Below the pieces are notes generated by a model. The model was not told the DNA's origin and searched no databases. It was given only the letters and a program-made list of their open reading frames with translations. From positions 512,001 to 576,000 of the forward strand of contig CAXXKM010000003.1 of the NCBI GenBank assembly GCA_963664435.2: 64,000 nucleotides of DNA, read 5' to 3'. Each line of letters starts with the position of its first letter. Positions within the stretch are counted from its first letter, which is position 1. A program made the translations under genes and the position numbers. Origin of the DNA: Longimicrobiales bacterium. GTDB taxonomy: Bacteria; Gemmatimonadota; Gemmatimonadetes; Longimicrobiales; Gaopeijiaceae. Positions 9,892 to 20,148 of the stretch are shown here, in pieces.

Positions 9892-10240
9892 TGGAGGCGG
9901 CGGGAGTCGAACCCGCGTCCGCGAGTGGGTCCGGCGAAGCTTCTACGTGCGTAGTTCGCTGTTGCGCTTCATCGGGTGATCGGTCAGCGACCCGCCGAAT
10001 CCCCGACTAGCCGTCAAGAGTCTCGCCCGCGGCGCGACGGCATCGCCCCGGGCCAGCCCAACTTGTCGACGCCTGCAGGGCCTGCCTTGGGCGGGCGGGC
10101 CAGGAGACGGGCTGTGAGAAAGCTCAGGCAGCCATCGCCATGTGATTGTTGGCAATTGTGTTGATTCCGGGTTTTTGCGAGGCCCGGACCTCGGCACGCT
10201 ACCTCGCGTTCACCAAACACGTCGAAGCCTTTACGCCCCC
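9892..10240 (-). ncRNA. ssrA: tmRNA; tag ANNHMAMAA* at 10153-10124
   Basis: 5' GGGGGCG..TTCGAC; 3' T-arm GGGTTCGACTCCC and acceptor end CGCCTCCA; internal tag ending AA*. Confidence 0.95.
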
Positions 10241-10325
10241 GTACGGTTCGGTGCAGACGGCTCAGGGTCCGTTGCACGTTCTCCTTGCTTGTGGTGGTCG
10301 CCGATTTCGCCCGCGTCCGCCGCGC

Positions 10326-11321
10326 TCAGGCGGCGCTCGCCAGCTCCCGTTCAAGATAGCACTTCAGCACTTCCCGTGTTTCCTCGAGGGTGGTCAGCCC
10401 AAAGAGCCGGGTCCGGAGCCGGCGGCCGTTGGGAAGCCCCTTCGTGTACCAGCCCATGTGCTTGCGGAACTCGATGACCGCCTTCCGGTGATCCCTCTCG
10501 AAGTCCACCGCGTTCTGTGCGTGCTCCAGGCAGATGGCCAGGCGCTCGGCCGGATCCGGAAGCGGGGGCAGGCGCTCGCCGTCGAGCGCGGCCCGGGCCC
10601 CCGCGAACACCCACGGGCTGCCGTGGGAGGCGCGCGCGATCATTACCCCGGCGCACCCGGTCTCCTCGCGCATGCGGAGGGCGTCCTCGCCGGTCTTGAT
10701 GTCGCCGTTCCCCACGACGGGGATGTCCAGCGCGTCGACCAGGGCCGCGATCTCGTGCCAGCGCGCGTGCCCCGAGTACATGTCCGCGCGCGTCCGCGGG
10801 TGTAGGGTGACCACGGCGGCCCCCGCGTCCTGGCAGCGCAGGCCGATGGTGACCGGGTTGCGGGTCTTCTCGTCGAAGCCGCTGCGGATCTTGGCCGTCA
10901 CCGGCAGCGGCGTCGCCTGCGCCACCGCGCGCACGATGCGCTCGACCAGCCCCAGATCGCGCAGACAGCCGGAGCCGCCGTTGCGCTTCACCACCTTCTT
11001 GACCGGGCACCCGAAGTTGATGTCGATGAAGTCGGGGTGGTACACGTCCGTGACCAGCGCCGCCGCCTCCGCCATGCGTTCGGGGCGGGCGCCGAAGATC
11101 TGCACGCCGATGGGCCGCTCCTCCTCCTCGAAACGGAGGTAGGCGCGCGTCCGCTCGTTTCCGTGGCAGATGCCCTCGGCGCTTACGAACTCCGTCACCA
11201 CCACATCCGCGCCGAAGCGCCGGCACAGCCGCCGGAAGGGCGACTCGCTCACGCCCGCCTGGGGGGCCAGGAAGAGAGGAACGCAGCCGCTGGAGGCTTC
11301 GGGAAGGTAGGGGAATCTCAT
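10326..11321 (-). CDS. dusB: tRNA-dihydrouridine synthase B
   Basis: IDINFGCP.KKV, VTLHPRT, GNGDI, RKHMGWY. Confidence 0.9.
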   Translation of the reverse strand: MRFPYLPEASSGCVPLFLAPQAGVSESPFRRLCRRFGADVVVTEFVSAEGICHGNERTRAYLRFEEEERPIGVQIFGARPERMAEAAALVTDVYHPDFIDINFGCPVKKVVKRNGGSGCLRDLGLVERIVRAVAQATPLPVTAKIRSGFDEKTRNPVTIGLRCQDAGAAVVTLHPRTRADMYSGHARWHEIAALVDALDIPVVGNGDIKTGEDALRMREETGCAGVMIARASHGSPWVFAGARAALDGERLPPLPDPAERLAICLEHAQNAVDFERDHRKAVIEFRKHMGWYTKGLPNGRRLRTRLFGLTTLEETREVLKCYLERELASAA

Positions 11322-11520
11322 GGATGAAAGATATCACACTTCGGCCGGGCGATGCGCAAAGCGAGCCTCACGGCGGCCTGCGGAAAGACGATCCCGCGGG
11401 CAGCTTGCGGAAAGGGAAACCGACACAGATAATGACGCATTCGATCCTCGCGGCGAATGCGACAAAAAGAACGGCGAAAGCGACAGAAACAGGGCAGTCC
11501 ACCTCACCATCGGAGACACC

Positions 11521-12933
11521 ATGCACGCTCGTCCACGCAGCACGACCACCCGCGCCCTTCGAACCCGGATCGGTCGCATCGGCGCACTTGCCGGCCTGTG
11601 CGCGGCTGTCCTTCTCCTCTCTCCCGCCCCCGCCCTCGCCCAGGAAGCAGCGGCCGAGGGCACCTTCGTCCTCAACACCTTCTCGTTCCTCATCTGGGGC
11701 GCGCTGGTGATGTGGATGTGCGCCGGCTTCACGATGCTCGAATCCGGAACGGTGCGATCGAAGAACGCGTCGATGATCTGCCTGAAGAACATCGGCATCT
11801 ACGCGATCGCCGGGCTCACCTACTACTTCGTCGGCTACGGCCTCATGTACGTCGACGTGAGCGGCTTCATCGGGTCGATCGACCTGTTCTACGGCCCCTC
11901 GGCCGAGGAGGCCGCGCTGCTGGGAGGGGATGAGAGCGCGCTTGCCGCCGTGGTCGAGAACGGCTACGCGGTCACCTCGGACTGGTTCTTCCAGATGGTC
12001 TTCGTGGCGACCACGGCCTCGATCGTCTCCGGGGCGCTGGCGGAGCGGGTCAACATGTGGGCCTTCTTCGCGTTCACCGCGATCCTGACGGCCTTCATCT
12101 ACCCGGTCATCGGCTCCTGGCACTGGGGTGGCGGCTGGCTCGCCGAGATGGGCTTCCAGGACTTCGCCGGGTCCACCCTCGTGCACTCCACCGGGGGATG
12201 GGCGGCGCTGGCCGGCGCCCTTGTGGTGGGTCCGCGCTGGGGCAGGTTCCGCAAGGACGGCACGGTCAAGGTCATGTCGCCCTCCAACATCCCGGCAGTC
12301 ACCCTGGGGGTGTTCATCCTCTGGCTCGGCTGGTTCGGGTTCAACGGCGGCTCCCAGCTCGCGCTCGACGGCGCGGTCAACGCGCTGGCCATGAGCAACA
12401 TCCTGGTGAACACCAACCTGGCGGCCGCCGCGGGCGTGATTACGGCCCTTGCGGTCTCGCGGCCCATTCTCGGACGCATCGATCTCTTCGCGGGTCTGAA
12501 CGGCGCCCTCGCCGGCCTGGTGGCCATCACCGCCGGTCCCGACATCGTCGACGCCCGCTGGGCGGTGGCGATCGGCGCGGTCGGCGCGATCATCTGCACC
12601 ATGGGTCTCAAGTTCCTGGAGGCGCGGCGGATCGACGACGTGGTCGGGGCGGTCCCCGCGCACCTCTTCGCCGGCATCTGGGGCACGCTCGCCACCTCGA
12701 TCGCGGCGGGCGCCAACCTCGGCGTTCAGCTGATCGGCGTCCTGAGCGTGGGCGCGTTCGTCTTCGCGGTGTCCTTCGTGGTCTGGACGCTTCTCGAGAA
12801 GACCATGGGCGTCCGGGTGTCCCGCACCGTGGAGGAGCTGGGACAGGATGCCGCCGAGCTGGGGCTGGAAGCCTATCCCGAGTTCGTGCTCATGGTGGAT
12901 CCCGACGAGGGTCAGGACTACCGCGATCCATAG
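11521..12933 (+). CDS. amtB: Ammonium transporter
   Basis: FFQMVF, IVSGALAER, DFAGSTLVH, WFGFNGGS, DDVVGAVPAH. Confidence 0.95.
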   Translation: MHARPRSTTTRALRTRIGRIGALAGLCAAVLLLSPAPALAQEAAAEGTFVLNTFSFLIWGALVMWMCAGFTMLESGTVRSKNASMICLKNIGIYAIAGLTYYFVGYGLMYVDVSGFIGSIDLFYGPSAEEAALLGGDESALAAVVENGYAVTSDWFFQMVFVATTASIVSGALAERVNMWAFFAFTAILTAFIYPVIGSWHWGGGWLAEMGFQDFAGSTLVHSTGGWAALAGALVVGPRWGRFRKDGTVKVMSPSNIPAVTLGVFILWLGWFGFNGGSQLALDGAVNALAMSNILVNTNLAAAAGVITALAVSRPILGRIDLFAGLNGALAGLVAITAGPDIVDARWAVAIGAVGAIICTMGLKFLEARRIDDVVGAVPAHLFAGIWGTLATSIAAGANLGVQLIGVLSVGAFVFAVSFVVWTLLEKTMGVRVSRTVEELGQDAAELGLEAYPEFVLMVDPDEGQDYRDP

Positions 12934-12968
12934 CAGCCACGGACTGCCAGCCGGAGGGCCAGAAGACC

Positions 12969-14489
12969 TTGACCGCGTCCTCGCACGCATCCTTCGACCG
13001 CGCCTACCCCGACGAATCCTCACCCGGGGAAGCGGGGTCGGGAGGGTTTGCCCGCTACGAACTTGACGCCCGCTTCTACGACGAGACGTTCCGCGGAGAC
13101 GGAAGCCTCCGCGGCGTCTCGCGGCGGCTGGGCACGGCGCTTTCAAAGGCCGTGCCGGAGGAGCTGGCGCAGCTTCAGGAGGGGGTCGCCCGCCGATTCA
13201 TCCACGAGGGGATCACCTTTACCGTGATCGGCGCGGACAAGGCGTCGGAGCAGATCATCCCGATCGATTGCGTGCCCCGTCTGCTCACGGCCGGGGAATG
13301 GGACCACATCGACCGGGGCCTCAGGCAGCGCCTGACCGCGCTCAACCTCTTCCTCGGGGACATCTACGGCGACGGCAAGTCGCTGCGCGACGGCATCGTG
13401 CCCCCCGACCTGGTGCTCGGGTGTCCCCAGTACCGGGTCGAGATGCGGGGCCTGCAGGTTCCCAACGACATCTACGTCTCCGTGTGCGGTACGGACGTGG
13501 TGCGAACCCACGACGGTTTCGCGGTGCTGGAGGACAATCTGCGGGTTCCCTCCGGCGTGTCGTACATGCTGGCCTGCCGGGCCGCCATGAAGCAGGCGCT
13601 CCCCCGGCTGTACCGGGCGCACAACGTGCGTGAGATCGCGCGGTATCCGGAGCAGCTGTACGCCACCCTGGCATCGCTGGGATCCTGGGCGGGTGCGCCC
13701 CGGGTGGCCGTGCTCACCCCGGGCCGCTACAACTCCGCCTACTACGAGCACGCGTTCCTGGCCGGCGAGATGGGCGCCGAGCTGGTGGAAGGGCGGGACC
13801 TGGTGGTGCATGACGGCATCGTATACGCGCGCACCGTCACCGGGCTGAGGCGGATCGACGTCATCTACCGGCGGGTGGACGACGACTTCCTCGACCCGGT
13901 CACCTTCCGCTCCGATTCGCTTCTCGGGGTCCCCGGGCTCTTTCACGCGTACCGGGCGGGCAACGTGGTGATCGCCAACGCCCCCGGCACCGGCGTCGCG
14001 GACGACAAGGCGGTCTACGCCTACGTGCCGGACCTCATCCGCTATTTCCTCGACGAGGAGCCCATCCTGGCCAACGTCGACACGCACCTCTGCCGCACGC
14101 GCGAGGGGCTCGCGTACACCCTCGACAACCTCGAGGACCTCGTGGTGAAGGAAGTCGGAGGATCGGGCGGATACGGCATGCTGGTCGGCCCGCACTCCAC
14201 CGCCGGCGAGCGCAAGCGGTTCGCGGCGCGCCTGCGCAGCCACCCGGAGAACTTCATTTCCCAGCCTGTGCTCGACCTGTCGCGCGCGACGTGCTTCGTG
14301 GAGGGCAAACTGGAGCCGCGCCACGTGGATGTCCGCCCGTTCGTGCTGCGCGGCCGCTCCGACACCTGGATCGCTCCCGGCGGCCTCTGCCGGGTGGCGC
14401 TCCGGAGGGGCGGACTGGTGGTGAACTCCAGCCAGGGCGGGGGCTGCAAGGATCTCTGGGTATTGCGCGACGGAGGGGCACCGGACTGA
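12969..14489 (+). CDS. Circularly permuted type 2 ATP-grasp protein
   Basis: VLEDNLRVPSGVSY, VIYRRVDDDFLDP, NAPGTGVADDK, VNSSQGGGCKD; TTG start is approximate. Confidence 0.9.
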   Translation: MTASSHASFDRAYPDESSPGEAGSGGFARYELDARFYDETFRGDGSLRGVSRRLGTALSKAVPEELAQLQEGVARRFIHEGITFTVIGADKASEQIIPIDCVPRLLTAGEWDHIDRGLRQRLTALNLFLGDIYGDGKSLRDGIVPPDLVLGCPQYRVEMRGLQVPNDIYVSVCGTDVVRTHDGFAVLEDNLRVPSGVSYMLACRAAMKQALPRLYRAHNVREIARYPEQLYATLASLGSWAGAPRVAVLTPGRYNSAYYEHAFLAGEMGAELVEGRDLVVHDGIVYARTVTGLRRIDVIYRRVDDDFLDPVTFRSDSLLGVPGLFHAYRAGNVVIANAPGTGVADDKAVYAYVPDLIRYFLDEEPILANVDTHLCRTREGLAYTLDNLEDLVVKEVGGSGGYGMLVGPHSTAGERKRFAARLRSHPENFISQPVLDLSRATCFVEGKLEPRHVDVRPFVLRGRSDTWIAPGGLCRVALRRGGLVVNSSQGGGCKDLWVLRDGGAPD

Positions 14490-15466
14490 TGCTCGCACGG
14501 GCGGCCGCGGACTTCTACTGGATGGGGCGCTACTTCGAGCGCACCGAGCACACCGCCCGGCTGCTCCAGTACCAGCTCACGCGCCTCGTGGACACCCCCG
14601 CCGACGAACTGGCGCTGGGCTGGAGGGTGCTCTACCGCGCCCTCGGACAATCGGCGCCCGTCACCCCCACCGTCGCCGACGAAGCCGAGTCCTTCCTGCT
14701 CGCCGATGCCTATACGCTCGCCGCGAGCCTGGTCGAGGAAACCACCAACCCCGACTCCATGATCCGCTGCTGGACCATGGCGCGGGAGAACGCCAAGCAG
14801 CTCAGGCCCTGGCTTCCGGTCCGGGTCTGGACCTGTCTCAACCAGGGCTTCTTCTGGATCCGGGACTGCGATTTCCCCAAGGCCTGGGCGGAGGGGCCGA
14901 CGGCGCTGGCGGGCGAGGCGATCGACCGGCTGCGGATGCTGGCGGGCGTGGTGGACGCCCGCATGCCCCGGGACGACGCCTGGCGCTTCCTGGAGCTCGG
15001 CCGTTTCGTCGAACGTCTGCAGCACCAGGCGGCTCTGCTGGACGCCTGGGACCGGGTCGGCCAGGATCCCGGCGACGCGCGTTCGCTGTCCTGGGCGGGG
15101 CTGCTGCGGGTTTGCGCCGCCTATGAGTTCTACTGCCGCGCGCACTCCATGGTGATCCGCCGGGGCCCCGCGCTGGCGTTCCTGGCCCGCAACCCGGAGT
15201 TGCCCTCGTCGCTGTGCTTCGCGGTGCGTCGCATCGAGGAGCTCCTCGCCGGGATCGATCCGAGGGGCGCGCGCTATCCCCTGGCGGCGCCCCACCGCAT
15301 GGCGTTGCGCCTGTGCGCGGCCGTTGAGACGGACCCGATGGACGAGGGGGATCCCGGAGAGGGTCGAAGTCCCCTCGAGGGCCTGCTGAGAGACAGCCGG
15401 GCGCTGCACGGCATCACCGTGGCGACCTACTTCGACTACCCCGTGGAAACCGGGCTGCCATCGTGA
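14489..15466 (+). CDS. Alpha-E domain protein (DUF403)
   Basis: WMGRYFERTE, ARENA, LGRFVER motifs; start overlaps the upstream stop (TGATG). Confidence 0.9.
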   Translation: MLARAAADFYWMGRYFERTEHTARLLQYQLTRLVDTPADELALGWRVLYRALGQSAPVTPTVADEAESFLLADAYTLAASLVEETTNPDSMIRCWTMARENAKQLRPWLPVRVWTCLNQGFFWIRDCDFPKAWAEGPTALAGEAIDRLRMLAGVVDARMPRDDAWRFLELGRFVERLQHQAALLDAWDRVGQDPGDARSLSWAGLLRVCAAYEFYCRAHSMVIRRGPALAFLARNPELPSSLCFAVRRIEELLAGIDPRGARYPLAAPHRMALRLCAAVETDPMDEGDPGEGRSPLEGLLRDSRALHGITVATYFDYPVETGLPS

Positions 15467-16335
15467 GCGCGCGCTATTCCATCCGGCACGAGCTGGAGTT
15501 CCGCTACGACGCTCCGGTCCGGGGATCGGTCATGACCCTCTTCCTGTCTCCGGTCCGGGATCGACGCCAGCAACTGCACAGTTTCTCGATCGAGACGGAT
15601 CCCGGGGGAGCGACGTTCGAGTTCCGGGGACCCTTCGGCAACCGGGGCCACTACTTCGACCGGCCCGGCACCCATCGGGCGCTCCGCATCGTCGCGCGCT
15701 CCAGCGTGGAGGTCTCTCCGCCCGAGGCGATGCCCGACCACCTGGAGCCCGGTGGCTGGAAGAGGCTCGCCTCCGGCATCCGGACGCCGGGACTGTGGCT
15801 CATGCTCGAGCCCAGCCGCTTCGTGAAGCCGTCATCCACCGCCCTGGGACAATTCACCGCCGCGCACGGCATCGAGAGGGAAGACGATGTCCTGGAGAGC
15901 ATTCGCGGGCTGCTCTCGTGCCTCTACGAGGCGTTCGAGTTTGCGCCCGGCACCACTGCGGCCGACTCCCCCATCGAGCACATCCTGGAGACCGGGCTGG
16001 GCGTGTGTCAGGACTATGCGCACGTCATGATCTCGGTCCTGCGGGGCTGGGGAGTCCCCGCCCGCTACGTCTCGGGATACCTGGCGCCGGACCCCGGCAT
16101 GGCCTCGACCCATGAGAGCCATGCCTGGGTGGAATGCTGGTTGCCCGGGTTGGGGTGGTGTGGTTTCGATCCCGCCAACAACTGCGACTGCGACGAGCGC
16201 CACGTGCGCGCCGCGGTCGGCAGGGACTACGCGGACGTTCCGCCGGTGCGTGGCGTGTTCCGCGGAGCCGCCAACTCCGCCCTCACCACGCGCGTGGAGG
16301 TGGTCCGGGAGGCACACGGCGGGATCGAGCCGTGA
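15463..16335 (+). CDS. Transglutaminase family protein
   Basis: GVCQDYAH, ARYVSGY, SHAWVE, FDPAN, GRDYADVPP. Confidence 0.9.
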   Translation: MSARYSIRHELEFRYDAPVRGSVMTLFLSPVRDRRQQLHSFSIETDPGGATFEFRGPFGNRGHYFDRPGTHRALRIVARSSVEVSPPEAMPDHLEPGGWKRLASGIRTPGLWLMLEPSRFVKPSSTALGQFTAAHGIEREDDVLESIRGLLSCLYEAFEFAPGTTAADSPIEHILETGLGVCQDYAHVMISVLRGWGVPARYVSGYLAPDPGMASTHESHAWVECWLPGLGWCGFDPANNCDCDERHVRAAVGRDYADVPPVRGVFRGAANSALTTRVEVVREAHGGIEP

Positions 16336-16374
16336 GGAATCAACCAGTCGCCTCAACCGCATGGAGGGAACAAG

Positions 16375-17139
16375 ATGTTTCCGACCCGTAAAGCACGCGT
16401 CCTGCTGTCCACGCTCACCCTCGCTCTGTTGCTCTCGCTCGCGGGCCCGGTTCAGGGCCAGTCCGCCTCCATCGGCGCCGATGTCTTCAGCCGCTACGTC
16501 TGGCGCGGTACCGACTTCGGGGAGTCGATGGCCGTGCAGCCCGCGCTGACGCTCGGTTTCGGAGCGCTGGAGGTGGGCGCCTGGGGCTCCTTCTCCGTCT
16601 CCGCCTCCGGCGCCGGCGCCAACGAGAACGACATCTGGGCCACCTATACCGTCACGGCCTCGAACGGCGCCTCGTTCTCGTTCGGGTTTACCGACTACTA
16701 TTTCCCGGGCCCGGGAGCGGAAGGCTTCTTCGTGACCGACGCCCACACGCTCGAGTTGTCCGCTTCCTTCACCGGGCCGGAGAGCTTCCCCATATCGCTC
16801 TACGCCGGAAGGATGTCGCGCAACGACCCCGACAATTCGCTGTATCTGGAGGCCAGCGTCCCCGTGTCGGCCTTCGAGGAGGTCGACCTGAGCCTGACGG
16901 CCGGGATGGTGGCCGGCGAGAGCGACTTCTACGGCACCGAAGGGACGGCGTTCGTGAACCTGGGCATAACCGCCAGCAAGGACCTGGTCATCACCGACGA
17001 TTTTGCGGTGCCGATGAGCGTCTCGTATATCGTCAACGCGAACCGCCTCGAAGACGACGGCCACATGGATCACGAGCACGACCACGGGCCGGATCCCGAC
17101 CGCGCCTTCCTCGTCTTCGGATTCAGTCTGTCGCCGTAG
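16375..17139 (+). CDS. Outer-membrane beta-barrel, TorF-like putative porin
   Basis: Signal peptide, SRYVWRG N-terminal motif, amphipathic C-terminal strand. Confidence 0.7.
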   Translation: MFPTRKARVLLSTLTLALLLSLAGPVQGQSASIGADVFSRYVWRGTDFGESMAVQPALTLGFGALEVGAWGSFSVSASGAGANENDIWATYTVTASNGASFSFGFTDYYFPGPGAEGFFVTDAHTLELSASFTGPESFPISLYAGRMSRNDPDNSLYLEASVPVSAFEEVDLSLTAGMVAGESDFYGTEGTAFVNLGITASKDLVITDDFAVPMSVSYIVNANRLEDDGHMDHEHDHGPDPDRAFLVFGFSLSP

Positions 17140-17197
17140 GCAGGCGGGACCCCGTCCCTCCAGCAGAGAACAAGGAGCCGGACACACCGGGACTCAG

Positions 17198-17926
17198 GTG
17201 GCCAAGCGACATAGTGTAGCGGGCATCGTGCTCGCGGCCGGTTCTTCGACCCGGATGGGTCGGAACAAGCTTCTGTTGAAGGTGGCCGGCGAGACCCTGG
17301 TCCGGCGTGCGGTGCGGGTCTCGGTGGAGGCCGGCCTGGATCCGGTGGTGGTGGTCACGGGGCACGCGCGCGAACGGATCGAGCGGGAGATCGCGGACAT
17401 GGGCTGCACGCCCGTGTTCAACGCCGACCATGGCGCGGGCATCCAGACCTCGGCGGCCTCGGGTGTCGCCGGTGTCGCCGGCGCGTGCGACGCCGCCGTG
17501 GTGATGCTCGCGGACATGCCGTTCGTGACCGCGCGCATGCTGCGCACGCTGGTGGAGCGCTATGCCGGGGACGCGCCGCCGCTGGTGGTGTCCCGGTACG
17601 GGGGCGAGGTAAACGCGCCGCCGATGCTTTACGACCAGGCGCTCTTCGGCGAGGTGACCCGCATGCGCGCGGGGTGCGGGCGGGAAGTGGTGCGCCGCCA
17701 CTACGACCGGGCCGTTCAGGTCGACTGGCCGGCGGCCCGGTTGCGCGACCTCGACCGCCCGGAGGACTACGAGGCCGCGGTCGAGGAGTTCGCCGGCCCC
17801 GGCTCGGATGCGGCGGAGGAGCGCGAGCGCCCCGGAGCGGGCGCGGCGGAGGAGGCGGAGGAGCTCGCCCGCCCGGGAGCGGACGCGGCGGAGGGGGCGG
17901 ACGGCGCCTCCGGTGAGCGGAATTGA
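17198..17926 (+). CDS. Molybdenum cofactor cytidylyltransferase (MocA-like)
   Basis: LAAGSSTRMG.NKLL, LADMP, DLDRPEDY; cox cluster context. Confidence 0.85.
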   Translation: MAKRHSVAGIVLAAGSSTRMGRNKLLLKVAGETLVRRAVRVSVEAGLDPVVVVTGHARERIEREIADMGCTPVFNADHGAGIQTSAASGVAGVAGACDAAVVMLADMPFVTARMLRTLVERYAGDAPPLVVSRYGGEVNAPPMLYDQALFGEVTRMRAGCGREVVRRHYDRAVQVDWPAARLRDLDRPEDYEAAVEEFAGPGSDAAEERERPGAGAAEEAEELARPGADAAEGADGASGERN

Positions 17927-19101
17927 CCGGCGACCTGCTCCGCCTGGCGGCGCGGATGGAGCGCGAGCGGCGGCCGTTCGCGCTGGCCACAGTCGTGCGG
18001 AGCGAGCGCCCCACCTCCGGCAAGCCGGGCAATTCGGCGCTGATCGATCCCGACGGAACCATGCACGGATGGATCGGCGGGAGCTGCACCCGGTCCGAGG
18101 TGATCCGCCATGCGCTGGAGGCGCTCCGCCTGGGAGAACCCCGGCTGCTGGCTTTCGGGGCGGACGAGGAGCGCCCCGCCGACCTGGTCAAGGTATCCAT
18201 GTCCTGCGCGAGCGGAGGAAAGGTGGAAGTGCACATCAACCCCGTGTTGCCGGCACCCGTCCTGGTGGTGGTGGGCGACTCTCCCGTGGCGCTCGCCCTC
18301 CTTGGGCTGGGGCGCGCGATGGGGTACCGCACGGTAGCGGCCGCGTCCTCCGGCGAGGAGGTGGCCGGCCTCGCCGACGAGTGCGCGGAGGACCTCGCCG
18401 CCCGGGTGGGGCTGCTCGCGTCCCGCCCTCCCGGAACCCGGCTGTTCGCGGTCGTGGCCACCATGGGGCGGGAGGATGAGCGGACGCTCGCCCTGCTGGC
18501 GGGCGCCCGGCCCGATTACCTGGGGGTGGTGGCGTCCCCGAGGCGGATGCGGAGCGTGCGCGCGGTGCTCTCGGGTCTCGGGATCGCCGACGACGCGATC
18601 GGTCGCATCCGCGGGCCCGCCGGCCTCGACCTCGGCGCCGAGCAACCGGAGGAGATCGCCGTGAGCATCCTGGCCGAGATCGTCGGCGAGACCCGGCGGG
18701 CGGGTGGGGGTGGGACAGCCGCCGGGGAGGCCGGGGGCGGCGAGCGGGCGGGAGGCGGGCGCGCGGCGGCCGCGCCGGGTCGCGCACCGGAAAACGTTGC
18801 GCGTGGGGGCGCGGTGGGCGGCGACGTGGGCACGGCCGGGACGGGTGTTTCCGGCCGCGCACCAAGAAACGTTGCGCGCACGGACGCGGCGGGCCGTGGT
18901 GGCGCGCCCGGCGGCGGCGACGCTACCTCCGCGGCCGCCTGGGCTACCGACCCCGTGTGCGGGATGACGGTGCCGGTGGCGGGGTCCCCTTCGGCGGTCC
19001 ACGCCGGCCGGACCCTCCACTTCTGCTGCGAGGGCTGCCGCGGCCTCTTCGAGTCGACCCCGGAGGTCTTCGCCTCCAACCCCGCGACGGGTCCGGCGTG
19101 A
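17923..19101 (+). CDS. XdhC/CoxF/CoxI family protein with C-terminal YHS domain
   Basis: GWIGGSC, PAGLDLGA..PEEIAVSILAEI, DPVCGM..HFCCEGC. Confidence 0.85.
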   Translation: MTGDLLRLAARMERERRPFALATVVRSERPTSGKPGNSALIDPDGTMHGWIGGSCTRSEVIRHALEALRLGEPRLLAFGADEERPADLVKVSMSCASGGKVEVHINPVLPAPVLVVVGDSPVALALLGLGRAMGYRTVAAASSGEEVAGLADECAEDLAARVGLLASRPPGTRLFAVVATMGREDERTLALLAGARPDYLGVVASPRRMRSVRAVLSGLGIADDAIGRIRGPAGLDLGAEQPEEIAVSILAEIVGETRRAGGGGTAAGEAGGGERAGGGRAAAAPGRAPENVARGGAVGGDVGTAGTGVSGRAPRNVARTDAAGRGGAPGGGDATSAAAWATDPVCGMTVPVAGSPSAVHAGRTLHFCCEGCRGLFESTPEVFASNPATGPA

Positions 19102-20111
19102 GACCCGAGATCCGGGCGCTGCAGGAGGCGATGCGCCGGGCGGACTACATCGCCGAACCGTCCATCGTCACCGCCGTCCACCTGGCGCGCGCGATGGAAA
19201 AGCCGCTCCTGGTCGAAGGGGACGCGGGGGTCGGCAAGACCGAGATCGCCAAAGTGATGGCCGCGCTCATGCAGACGGAGCTCATCCGGCTCCAGTGTTA
19301 CGAGGGCCTCGACGTCAACACCGCCCTCTACGAGTGGAACTACCAGAAGCAGCTGCTCCGCCTGCGCATCGGAACCGATGAAGCCGCCGGCGACCGCGGC
19401 GGCCGCGGGTCGACCCGCGGCGGGGGCGCGGGAGCGCGCGATGGCGGCCGCGACCCGGGCGCAGCAGGCGTCGCCGCACGCGATGGCGCCGGCGACCCGG
19501 GCGCAACGAACCCCGACGCCCGCGCCGACCACCTCGAAGGCGTCATCTTCGGGCGCCGCTACCTGCTCGAGCGGCCGCTGTTGCGCGCCATCACCCGCGA
19601 GAAGCCTCCCGTGCTGCTCATCGACGAGATCGACCGGGCCGACGAGGGGTTCGAGGCGTTCCTGCTCGAGGTGCTCTCCGACTTCCAGGTGACCATCCCC
19701 GAGCTGGGCACCATCCGCGCGACCCACCGGCCGCTCGTCGTCCTCACCTCCAACCGGAGCCGCGAGATCGGCGACGCCCTCCGGCGGCGCTGCCTCTACC
19801 TCTACATCGAGCACCCGACATTCGCCAAGGAGGTGGAGATCATTCGCGCCAAGGTACGCGGGATATCGGACGCGCTCGCCGCCCAGATCACGCATGTCGT
19901 GCAGGGCCTGCGCGCGCGCCGTCTCATGAAGCCGCCCGGCGTGGCCGAGACGCTCGACTGGGCCCGGGCCCTGGTCACGCTGCACCAGGACCACCTCGAC
20001 GCGGACGTCGTCGCCGAGACACTGGGCTGCCTCGTCAAGGATCAGCACGACATCAGCCTCGTGCACGCGGAGGACATCGAAACGCTGCTCGCGGGCGCGA
20101 GGGCCGGTTGA
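19098..20111 (+). CDS. coxD: CoxD-like MoxR AAA+ ATPase
   Basis: GDAGVGKT, RLQCYEGLD, LLIDEIDRAD, DALRRRC. Confidence 0.85.
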   Translation: MRPEIRALQEAMRRADYIAEPSIVTAVHLARAMEKPLLVEGDAGVGKTEIAKVMAALMQTELIRLQCYEGLDVNTALYEWNYQKQLLRLRIGTDEAAGDRGGRGSTRGGGAGARDGGRDPGAAGVAARDGAGDPGATNPDARADHLEGVIFGRRYLLERPLLRAITREKPPVLLIDEIDRADEGFEAFLLEVLSDFQVTIPELGTIRATHRPLVVLTSNRSREIGDALRRRCLYLYIEHPTFAKEVEIIRAKVRGISDALAAQITHVVQGLRARRLMKPPGVAETLDWARALVTLHQDHLDADVVAETLGCLVKDQHDISLVHAEDIETLLAGARAG

Positions 20112-20148
20112 TGCGCGCGACCGCGCTGGCTTCCCAGGGGCTGCGCTG

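Noticed and set aside
9880..9930. tmRNA 3' end as an island attachment site
   Set aside because: lspA follows directly, and I saw no duplicate of the 3' end in the window.
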